Below are positions 24,710 through 31,584 of a DNA stretch of 32,000 nucleotides, in pieces. Source of the DNA: Candidatus Omnitrophota bacterium (GTDB taxonomy: Bacteria; Omnitrophota; Gorgyraeia; Zapsychrales; JANLHA01); the NCBI GenBank assembly GCA_963662715.1, contig OY759724.1, forward strand, positions 1,530,001-1,562,000. The letters are read 5' to 3'. A program made the translations under genes and the position numbers. The stretch's first letter is position 1. Each line of letters opens with the position of its first letter. The notes beneath the pieces were generated by a model. The model did not search any database and was not told where the DNA came from. It saw nothing but the letters and a program-made list of their open reading frames with translations.

Positions 24710-25501
24710 ATGAACGATAAGACATTGACTCGACTAGAGAATAAAAGAGACATTTTATGCGCCATTCTTCTGTTGTCTCTGCTTGGTTTTATATGCTCTT
24801 ATGGGGAGCTCCTGCCTTATCCGCATCGAAAAGATATTGTTGATCAAGTTTTAAAGGAGCCTGTTCAGACACTTGCCGATGATGTGCCTTTTTATGTGAA
24901 AAGTGAGGGCCGTGAATATAAGATTGTCCCGATATATAATTATGAATTGTACGGGATGGTTGTGTCGGTCAATAATAAAATGGCATTGAAGGGATTATTG
25001 AAGCTGTTTAATTCGTACGATTTTCTTAATGTGAACGACTTGTGCGTTATTTGGGGCGCAAATATAAATACAGCAGTATATAAATATATGAAATTTTCTC
25101 AAGGAGCTTACACGTGCTACGCTCAATTTGAGGGAAAAAAAGCCTGGGCATGGTCGCGGATTTTTGATAAAAGTAAGTTGAGCCATAATCATTTGTTAAG
25201 CAATGATCCTGGAATCATCAGGATTTTATCGAATGTCAAAAAAGGTGACCAAATATATCTGCGGGGAAAACTTGCCGACTACTATTTTGGCGATGAGCAT
25301 TTGATACGCAGGACAAGCACTTCAAGGGCCGACCGAAGCAGCGGTGCCTGTGAAACAGTGTTTTTAACAGATTTTAAAATCATAAAATCAGCCCATCCGG
25401 TAGCGAAGATTATAAACCGGACATCTTTTTACCTTATTATTCTTTGTGTGTGCTGGATAACTCGGATTTGGTTAAACATCGGGAAAACACGAATAAGATG
25501 A
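24710..25501 (+). CDS. hypothetical membrane-anchored protein (263 aa)
   Basis: N-terminal TM (ILCAILLLSLLGFIC) and C-terminal TM (FYLIILCVCWITRIWL). No motif I can assign. Confidence 0.5.
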   Translation: MNDKTLTRLENKRDILCAILLLSLLGFICSYGELLPYPHRKDIVDQVLKEPVQTLADDVPFYVKSEGREYKIVPIYNYELYGMVVSVNNKMALKGLLKLFNSYDFLNVNDLCVIWGANINTAVYKYMKFSQGAYTCYAQFEGKKAWAWSRIFDKSKLSHNHLLSNDPGIIRILSNVKKGDQIYLRGKLADYYFGDEHLIRRTSTSRADRSSGACETVFLTDFKIIKSAHPVAKIINRTSFYLIILCVCWITRIWLNIGKTRIR

Positions 25502-25593
25502 TATTTGAAAAGCGGGATATGTGCCGGATATCGCGGCCGCGCAGAATGAGTTGACGGGATTTTATTGGCATGCCCGCCAAGGGGCAGCTGTGA

Positions 25594-25649
25594 GTTTGAC
25601 GGTGCGGCTGCGGCAGGGCCTGACGAGGTCCTTGCTTCAGGTGTTAAAT
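25594..25649 (+). repeat. probable attC site (degenerate 5' core)
   Basis: The 3' half gcggctgcggcagggcctgacgaggtccttgcttcaggtGTTAAAT parallels the 24570-24608 attC half. The 5' core is only GTTTGAC. An alternative longer start is GTTGAC at 25550. Confidence 0.4.
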
Positions 25650-25693
25650 AAGGGGCGGGGATCAAGTCTATATGTAAGGGCAAAGGAGGTCTT

Positions 25694-26689
25694 ATGTTGT
25701 CACGTGATCTTGGGCAATCAGGGATTTCAGTATCAGCCATTGGACTTGGATGTATGGGGCTTTCCGAGTTTTACGGGGACCCCGCGCCGGAGTCGGAGGC
25801 CATTAATTTACTTCACCGGGCCGTAGACCTGGGGATCACTCATTTTGATACCGCGGAAATCTACGGCCAGGGACGCAATGAGCAACTCCTCGGTAAGGCT
25901 TTCGCCGGACGTTGGGATCAAATTGTTCTGGCGACCAAGTTCGGTCCCCAGCGGGACCCGGCCACGGGCGCCTTCGTGGGAGTGGACGGCTCTCCGGCCA
26001 ATGTCCGGAACTCCTGCGAAAAGAGCCTCAAGCGTCTGGGTACCGAAAAGATTGACCTGTATTATCTTCACCGTGTTGATCCGGCCACGCCGATCGAGGA
26101 TACTGTGGGCGAGATGGCGAAGCTGGTTCGCGAGGGCAAGATCAGGGCTATTGGCTTGTCAGAGGCTTCAGCAAAGACTATCGAGCGGGCACATGCTGTT
26201 CATCCCATTGCCGCCCTTCAGACCGAGTATTCGATATTCAGCCGTGATATTGAGAAGGACATCCTCCCCACATGTGTGAAGCTCGGCATAAGCTTGGTCG
26301 CCTACTCCCCCCTGGGCAGGGGAATGCTGACCGGCCGTTACACCTCAACCAGCGACCGCCCCACCGGCGAGGCTGATTTCCGGGCCAGGATGCAGCCCCG
26401 GTTTCAGCCGGGAAATATCGAGTCTAACCTCAAACTGGTGGAGGCGATCAAGGAGATTGCTGCCCAAAAGGGATGCGCGGCAGCGCAGGTTGCTTTAGCC
26501 TGGGTGCTGGACCAAGGGGATCATGTTGTGGCCATTCCGGGCACGACCAAGCTCGCCAATCTCCAGACCAACCTGGGGGCCATTGACTGTCGCCTCACAG
26601 AGGAGAACCGGGCTGCGCTCAATGTCTTGGCAGATCAGGTGCTCGGGGATCGGTATCCGCCTGAGGGGATGGCGCAGGTCAACCAGTAA
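25694..26689 (+). CDS. aldo/keto reductase
   Basis: GLGCMGLSEFYG, DTAEIYG, LATKFG, IDLYYLHRVD, AIGLSEAS, PLGRGMLTG. AAAGGAGG RBS. Confidence 0.9.
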   Translation: MLSRDLGQSGISVSAIGLGCMGLSEFYGDPAPESEAINLLHRAVDLGITHFDTAEIYGQGRNEQLLGKAFAGRWDQIVLATKFGPQRDPATGAFVGVDGSPANVRNSCEKSLKRLGTEKIDLYYLHRVDPATPIEDTVGEMAKLVREGKIRAIGLSEASAKTIERAHAVHPIAALQTEYSIFSRDIEKDILPTCVKLGISLVAYSPLGRGMLTGRYTSTSDRPTGEADFRARMQPRFQPGNIESNLKLVEAIKEIAAQKGCAAAQVALAWVLDQGDHVVAIPGTTKLANLQTNLGAIDCRLTEENRAALNVLADQVLGDRYPPEGMAQVNQ

Positions 26690-26791
26690 CAGTCGCGGGC
26701 GCTGACGCTCTGCCCGGGGGCAGCAGCTTGCCGCCTGACAGACCGCAGAAGCGGACGCATAACCGCCGCGCGGGTGCGCTAGCCGTTACAG
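26684..26791 (+). repeat. long attC-like site
   Basis: CAGTAAC overlaps the TAA stop ... GC-rich imperfect palindromes ... agccGTTACAG. An internal CATAAC at 26758 allows an alternative short reading. Confidence 0.55.
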
Positions 26792-26801
26792 GTGAAAAAT
26801 T

Positions 26802-27182
26802 ATGAAAAGCAGAATTCCCTTAATTGTTTTGATAATAGGGCTGGCTGTATTCAGTAATTTGCTGTTGGCGCAACAAGAGAATAATGAATGCAGAAAACTT
26901 GAGGAAGAAATCCGTGATTTGATTGGCGAATGCCAGACCTGCGTAAGCGATGAGGAATGTTTCTTGGATGAGAGTTTTGACTTATCCTGTCCTTTCGGAT
27001 GCCATTTTATACGGAGTTATACGGAAGATGATGGAGAATATTTAGCTTTGATCGGGGAAAAAATTAATAAGTATAATAAAGAATGTCCCAGTTGTTTATA
27101 CAGATGCCCTGTTGCACCGGAAAAAAATGAAGCCGGTTGCCGCCGGAATAAGTGTGTGGATTTAAGATTTTATGAAAGATGA
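26802..27182 (+). CDS. secreted cysteine-rich hypothetical protein
   Basis: Signal peptide MKSRIPLIVLIIGLAVFSNLLLA. About 11 Cys in a mature part of about 100 aa, including CQTC and CPSC pairs. Confidence 0.55.
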   Translation: MKSRIPLIVLIIGLAVFSNLLLAQQENNECRKLEEEIRDLIGECQTCVSDEECFLDESFDLSCPFGCHFIRSYTEDDGEYLALIGEKINKYNKECPSCLYRCPVAPEKNEAGCRRNKCVDLRFYER

Positions 27183-27186
27183 AAAG

Positions 27187-27260
27187 CTATAACAAGTCCA
27201 GCGTCCCCGACTTGCCACGATGCGGCTCCGGCAGGGGCCGCTGAGTTCATTGCGTTATAT
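27187..27260 (+). repeat. attC recombination site
   Basis: CTATAAC ... cagcgtccccgacttgccacgatgcggctccggcaggggccgc ... gagttcattgcGTTATAT. Confidence 0.75.
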
Positions 27261-27272
27261 GAAAGGAGAATC

Positions 27273-27863
27273 ATGAAGAAAATAATAGGAATCTTATCAG
27301 TAAGCCTCATTTTGTCAGGATGTCTTACATATCAGGAATATTCGTTTAAGTTTGATTTTAACAGCGGGAAAGCAGAAAAGGTGTATCACGATATCCGGTC
27401 TCAGAAAGGCGTTGACGAAAAAGATTACAGCCTTGAAGGCGATTGGGTTGGATTGCAGGAACTCGCGGGGGAGGATTTCGGGAAGGAGTTTGACAGAGAC
27501 GTGATAAAACCCATCACGGCAGAACTGTTCCAAGAGGAGAATGTGCTGTCGGGAAGAGAAGTCTTTGAAGTGCAGGCCCCGAAGGCTTTTCCGTCAAAAA
27601 CAGCGATTTTGGAAAGACTGCATAAGGACGGGAATGAAGAATTTGAGTTTAAAATATTAAACGGCGAAATTTTTATGTTTGTCAATAGCGGAAAAATTAA
27701 GACGGCAAATGGAGATATCATAAAGACTGAAAAAAATTACATGGTTGTATGGCCGGAGGAGCAGGTTGTGTTTGAATTTGTCATTGATAAAGGCGGAAAC
27801 AGAGGGGAATCACTTTTGCCTTTTTATTTAAAAGAAAAGGAAATGGAAAAGGGCCATGAATAA
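27273..27863 (+). CDS. hypothetical lipoprotein
   Basis: AGGAG RBS. Lipobox LILSGC at residues 12-17. No recognisable domain. Confidence 0.6.
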   Translation: MKKIIGILSVSLILSGCLTYQEYSFKFDFNSGKAEKVYHDIRSQKGVDEKDYSLEGDWVGLQELAGEDFGKEFDRDVIKPITAELFQEENVLSGREVFEVQAPKAFPSKTAILERLHKDGNEEFEFKILNGEIFMFVNSGKIKTANGDIIKTEKNYMVVWPEEQVVFEFVIDKGGNRGESLLPFYLKEKEMEKGHE

Positions 27864-27914
27864 AAACACGGAATAGGTCGCCCCGGCGGAGCGCCCGGCC
27901 CCTTGCGGTTTCAG
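27861..27914 (+). repeat. short, degenerate attC-like site
   Basis: TAAAAAC overlaps the stop ... ggtcgccccggcggagcgcccggcccc (GC palindrome) ... gcgGTTTCAG. The same GTTTCA variant core occurs at 28804. Confidence 0.4.
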
Positions 27915-28276
27915 ACGGCTAATGAATATCCTGTATGATGAAATACCGGTTGAATAGTTTTGACGTTGAGCTTAAGATAGGAGGAGAAAGATAGGTCATA
28001 TTCTGCGCGAACGCATGACGTCTAGAGTTGCTGAATTGGTAGACAACGTGTCGTTTTTATGCATTTTGGGCCGGAAATGCTCTGTGTATCGATATCGTTT
28101 ATCGAAGCCAGAAAGATAGATCTGCTCTCGATCAATGCCTTGCAGGTCATGGTTCCCAAGGCCGAGCGGCAGCGGCTTTTCCAAAATCTGATGTCGTTGA
28201 TTTACGCTTTTGCCATGCCCCTGGGCTTTACGCTGCACTGCTGCAAAACGATTATCCGGAAAGGACAGGTTTTTGA

Positions 28277-28444
28277 ATGAAAAGGCTGCTGTCTTTTGTT
28301 GTTGTCTTATCGGTCGTGGCCAGTGCCGCCGTCGCCGATGAAAATGGATGGACGCTTTCCCGCGACCGCCAAAACATCAAGATTCACACACGTAGAATTG
28401 AAGGCATTTCATCACCGACTGGAAGCCGGACTGATGAACATTGA
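28277..28444 (+). pseudogene. truncated START/SRPBCC-like secreted protein remnant (55 codons)
   Basis: Signal peptide MKRLLSFVVVLSVVASAAVA, then DENGWTLSRDRQNIKIHTRRIEG, which resembles the N-terminus of bacterial START-domain proteins (normally about 200 aa). It terminates prematurely and overlaps the next start. Confidence 0.35.
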
Positions 28445-28745
28445 GCAAATAGAAAAATGCCAGATTTGTAAGGGGGAATTCCTTACCGAGAAAAACATCG
28501 TTAGTATCCGCACAATTCGAAGAAGTTTTAATTTAAAAAAAAGATTTGTATGTGAAAGATGTTATCAGCAATGGACAAAAGAGGAGCGACGTCTCCAGAA
28601 TATTTTGAGTGTAGGAGCATCTTTGTTGTCGATAATGGTAGCGATTGTGTTGTGTATGGCTGATTATAAAATAAAAAGCATGCCGTTCTTTTTTATCGGC
28701 GCGGCAGGTTTATTGCTGTGTTTTAAAAACAGAAGGATGATATAA
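28434..28745 (+). CDS. zinc-ribbon protein with two C-terminal TM helices
   Basis: MNIEQIEKCQICKGEF...FVCERCYQQW, then LSVGASLLSIMVAIVLCMA and MPFFFIGAAGLLLCF. The upstream part of track ORF 28296 was trimmed. Confidence 0.5.
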   Translation: MNIEQIEKCQICKGEFLTEKNIVSIRTIRRSFNLKKRFVCERCYQQWTKEERRLQNILSVGASLLSIMVAIVLCMADYKIKSMPFFFIGAAGLLLCFKNRRMI

Positions 28746-28810
28746 CACGTCGCTTCAGCGGCCGCAATTCCGGCAGCTGTTGCCGCCTGCGGCAGACCTT
28801 GCCGTTTCAT
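28740..28810 (+). repeat. attC-like site with variant 3' core
   Basis: ATATAAC overlaps the TAA stop ... cgcttcagcggccgcaattccggcagctgttgccgcc ... ccttgccGTTTCAT. Confidence 0.5.
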
Positions 28811-28825
28811 GGTGTTTTTACCTTT

Positions 28826-29530
28826 ATGCAATTTTTCCAAGAATGGAACAAATATTTTTATGTCTTTTTAGGCGCAGGATGGATGATGTTTATGGCATTT
28901 ATTGCTTTGCGCCATTACGTTTTTAAACTGGGAAGAAAAGGAAAACGTCTGAAAATTCCCGGCATGCTCATCCCGTCCTTTAATGAGGCCAGCCTTTTCT
29001 TGATGGCATTCACTTTTCTTTTGCTCCTCGTCTTGCACGGGCCGTTCCGCAATAATGTCGCAGGGTTTTTCCTGAAGCCCGATTCCTGGGAATCGGTTGT
29101 ATTATCATTGATTTTCGCGGCAGGGCTCTGGTTCTCCTTAATTCATGTTTTTATGAAAAAAAGGAAATCTTCGTTTGAGAAGTCCGTGATGTTATGTTTC
29201 GCGGTATGCGTTAACGCAGGCATGGGATTGATGAGCGGTGTGTATCTGCTGCGGACCGCGCAAGGCCTGTCGCTGTTTTTTTCGGCATGGAATTTTCTTA
29301 ACGCCTTCCTGTTGGTTTACATGTACGATTCCAGGACTCTCAATAACGGTCACATAACAGACGAAGAAGCCGGGTTCCCGGGAATTTTCTGGGGAATTCT
29401 CATTGTAATAGTTATATTCTATTTTACGCAGCACGTCTTCCATACTCACTGGACTGTGACTTTTTCGAACTGTGTAATTTATGCTACGTCTTTTAATGAT
29501 AAACTGTTAAAATTAATCGATAATAATTAA
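28826..29530 (+). CDS. hypothetical polytopic membrane protein
   Basis: About six hydrophobic segments. ATG 28826 was chosen because the track TTG start at 28799 lies in the attC. Confidence 0.55.
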   Translation: MQFFQEWNKYFYVFLGAGWMMFMAFIALRHYVFKLGRKGKRLKIPGMLIPSFNEASLFLMAFTFLLLLVLHGPFRNNVAGFFLKPDSWESVVLSLIFAAGLWFSLIHVFMKKRKSSFEKSVMLCFAVCVNAGMGLMSGVYLLRTAQGLSLFFSAWNFLNAFLLVYMYDSRTLNNGHITDEEAGFPGIFWGILIVIVIFYFTQHVFHTHWTVTFSNCVIYATSFNDKLLKLIDNN

Positions 29531-29553
29531 AAACCAGATCGTTTGTCGCTGTC

Positions 29554-29636
29554 CGATAACGTTCTTAAGCGGCAAGCCGCCCTTCCGGTACGTGCTGAGG
29601 TCTGTAATGCCGCGGAAGGAGTTCATGATGTTTGTT
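29554..29636 (+). repeat. attC-like site
   Basis: CGATAAC ... internal stem CCTTCCG/CGGAAGG ... gagttcatgatGTTTGTT. An alternative 5' core is TAAAAAC at 29528. Confidence 0.45.
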
Positions 29637-29768
29637 GCGTGTTTTGTTCTTGTCGGGGCTGCATTTATGATAATCAGCCCGGCTGTGTTTCCGGGGCGGC
29701 CTGTATATGGGGCGGGAATCTATCTGGTTTTAATTATGAAAAGATATTAAAATAAAAAAGGAGAAGAA

Positions 29769-29981
29769 ATGGCGGATTGTGAAATATTAGCAGATTGCAT
29801 CTTTTTTAATGACAAAATGCAAAATATGCCCAGCGTTGCAGGGATGTACAAGCAGCGGTATTGCCGGACGGATAACTCAACATGCGCCCGTTATATGGTC
29901 ATGAAAAAGCTGGGCAGGGAGAATGTCCCGGCAGATCTTTTTCCTAATATGTTAGACAGGGCTAAAGAAATTCTTTCGTAA
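29769..29981 (+). CDS. small four-cysteine protein (70 aa)
   Basis: AAGGAG RBS. MADCEILADCIFFNDKM...YCRTDNSTCARY has a Cx5C...Cx6C arrangement. I recall similar small ORFs in sulfate-reducer-type genomes but cannot name a family. Confidence 0.55.
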   Translation: MADCEILADCIFFNDKMQNMPSVAGMYKQRYCRTDNSTCARYMVMKKLGRENVPADLFPNMLDRAKEILS

Positions 29982-30069
29982 TCAAAACAATTAAAAAGAC
30001 AGCCGACAATCCGTTTTGCGGAGTCCTGCGGCAGGCTTTGCTCCGCGATGAATTCGCGTTGCGTTGGCT
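29982..30069 (+). repeat. attC-like site
   Basis: TCAAAAC ... gcggagtcctgcggcaggctttgctccgc (palindrome) ... gaattcgcgttgcGTTGGCT. Confidence 0.5.
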
Positions 30070-30087
30070 GATAGGTTGGAAAGAGAT

Positions 30088-30426
30088 ATGCAGGAAATAA
30101 CTTGGAATGATTTTTCAAAAATCGAATTAAGGGTCGGCAGGATTATCCGTGCAGAGGCTTTCCCCGAAGCACATAAGCCTGCGTATAAACTTGCGGTCGA
30201 TTTCGGTCATGAAATAGGCGTGAAAAGATCAAGTGCTCAAATTACTGATTTTTATCCGGCAAATGAACTTCTGGGGAAATTGATAGTAGCGGTTGTTAAT
30301 TTCCCTCCGAAGCAAATCGGGCCTATGATGTCAGAGTGCCTGGTGACAGGATTTCATGATAATGAGGGGCATGTGGTTTTATGCGTTCCGGAGAAAGACG
30401 TGCCGCTTGGAACCAAATTATTATAA
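30088..30426 (+). CDS. csaA: CsaA-like tRNA-binding (EMAP/OB-fold) domain protein
   Basis: FSKIELRVGRIIRAEAFPEAHKPAYKLAVDFG...VVNFPPKQIGPMMSE is the characteristic CsaA/YgjH pattern. Start moved out of the attC to ATG 30088. Confidence 0.75.
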   Translation: MQEITWNDFSKIELRVGRIIRAEAFPEAHKPAYKLAVDFGHEIGVKRSSAQITDFYPANELLGKLIVAVVNFPPKQIGPMMSECLVTGFHDNEGHVVLCVPEKDVPLGTKLL

Positions 30427-30433
30427 TGTTCAT

Positions 30434-30515
30434 CATTTGACAAGGCGTTTTCAAACTGGCGCACAAAGGGCCGCGTGTCTGCCCCGGCAGCCGTCCGTGA
30501 AACATAGCGTTATAA
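30434..30515 (+). repeat. attC-like site
   Basis: CATTTGAC (variant 5' core) ... ggccgcgtgtctgccccggcagccg ... catagcGTTATAA. Confidence 0.5.
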
Positions 30516-30532
30516 CGGAGAAGGAGGAGAAT

Positions 30533-30793
30533 GTGATTTGTCCTCATTGTCATAGAAAGGTCAAAATAAATTCCAAAGCCAGGAACGGTGTCGGAAGAGT
30601 GCGGGTTTGTGACTATTGCGGAGGAAAATTCAGACTCAAATATAATTATGCGAAATTATTCGGTGCTATCTTGTTGGGGATCCTTTTGTGCGGGGGCTTA
30701 GCCAATGTCATGAACGAAAAAGCCCTGGTTATTATCTTCATGCTTTCAATGCTTGTGGGGGTTATCATATCTTCTAAAACGGTGAAAGCATAA
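30533..30793 (+). CDS. zinc-ribbon protein with two C-terminal TM helices (GTG start)
   Basis: AAGGAGGAG RBS 5 nt before the GTG. VICPHCHRK...VCDYCGG, then FGAILLGILLCGGLA and LVIIFMLSMLVGVII. Confidence 0.5.
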   Translation: MICPHCHRKVKINSKARNGVGRVRVCDYCGGKFRLKYNYAKLFGAILLGILLCGGLANVMNEKALVIIFMLSMLVGVIISSKTVKA

Positions 30794-30794
30794 A

Positions 30795-30865
30795 CGATAA
30801 CAAGTCATTGCAAGGGGACTGCCAGCGTCGGAGGCTTCGCAACACCGCCGTATGTCCCGTTAGGA
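30795..30865 (+). repeat. attC recombination site
   Basis: CGATAAC ... aagtcattgcaaggggactgccagcgtcggaggcttcgcaac ... gtcccGTTAGGA. Confidence 0.6.
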
Positions 30866-30879
30866 TAGAGGAGAAGACG

Positions 30880-31488
30880 ATGAAAGAAAAACCCACGGTC
30901 ATTTGCTTTATCGATGACGATCCCGTTGAAGTCCAGGCCTTCAAAGACGTTTTTGGCGAAGACTTCACGGTTATCGCTGACTCTACTCCAGACCCCGTGC
31001 TCGCGGAACTGAAAAGACGAAAGCTGCGGGCCAACCTTTTTGTCCTGGATTTATATTTTGCGGAAGGGAGGGCGAGTTCAGATAAGGAGCGTGACAGGAT
31101 GATCGCCCTCAAGGCCGAGGTGGACCGCAGCCAGAAGGCGCTCAGCGATTATCTCAATGCCATCGGCCAGAGCCGTGACGGCGGCCTGAGGATCCTGCGG
31201 CATATCCGGGAGAACTATCCGATGACCCCCGTTGTCTTTTACACGCGCAAGGGGACTCTCGCGGATGCCGTCGCCTGCGGGGATGCCGGGGCCGATGGTG
31301 TCCTGCCAAAGGCAATGCCGATGGAGTTTGATTCACACGGTAATCGGCTTGAACAGATCAGGCAGGCGGCGCGGGATCATCATGATGCTTTGGCCACACA
31401 TTTTTTCTGCAAGGCATCGACATCCAATATTTTTAAAAAACTGCTCCGGATAGCCAAGTTCATATGGCGCAACTGGTCAAAACTGTGA
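30880..31488 (+). CDS. receiver (REC)-like domain protein with internal insertion, no output domain
   Basis: VICFIDDDPVE (acidic pair), LFVLDLYF (acceptor Asp), VVFYTRKG (Thr), GVLPK (Lys). About 45 aa are inserted after the acceptor strand. GAGGAG RBS. Confidence 0.55.
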   Translation: MKEKPTVICFIDDDPVEVQAFKDVFGEDFTVIADSTPDPVLAELKRRKLRANLFVLDLYFAEGRASSDKERDRMIALKAEVDRSQKALSDYLNAIGQSRDGGLRILRHIRENYPMTPVVFYTRKGTLADAVACGDAGADGVLPKAMPMEFDSHGNRLEQIRQAARDHHDALATHFFCKASTSNIFKKLLRIAKFIWRNWSKL

Positions 31489-31584
31489 GAACCGGCTGCG
31501 CCGGACAAGGCCCCGGAAGGAATAGCGCAAGTGGCCTATATGAAAAGGACGCTGCGGGCACGGAGCGATAAGAGGCGAGACATT

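Noticed and set aside
25521-25826. Track ORF 25521..25826 (101 aa)
   Set aside because: It spans the attC-like palindrome and overlaps the aldo/keto reductase start in another frame. Its Arg/Gly-rich composition reflects GC-rich non-coding sequence.
27996-28280. ORFs 27996..28238 (minus, GTG start) and 28059..28280 (plus) as a possible toxin-antitoxin pair
   Set aside because: They overlap each other on opposite strands. Neither has an RBS or a motif I can tie to a TA family. The region is treated as decayed sequence instead.
29543-29755. Track ORF 29543..29755 (70 aa, Cys-rich, TTG start)
   Set aside because: It begins upstream of and reads through the attC-like site, and has no RBS. The Cys richness comes from translating a GC palindrome. 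The 41-aa ORF in another frame is reported only as a low-confidence finding.
21584-30865. Could the regularly spaced GC-rich repeats be a CRISPR array or REP elements?
   Set aside because: The repeats are imperfect palindromes of variable length and sequence (54-108 bp). They are separated by 0.3-1.1 kb units that each contain whole genes. They also carry RYYYAAC/GTTRRRY ends and adjoin an IntI gene. CRISPR repeats are identical, 25-40 bp, and have short spacers.
22222-30879. Upstream alternative starts of cassette ORFs from the track (22222, 28296, 28799, 30064, 30356, 30808)
   Set aside because: Most of these extensions (22222, 28799, 30064, 30356, 30808) run through the preceding attC palindrome; 28296 instead runs through decayed sequence overlapping the START-like remnant. 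All lack an RBS. In each case an internal ATG or GTG with a Shine-Dalgarno sequence lies a short distance downstream.
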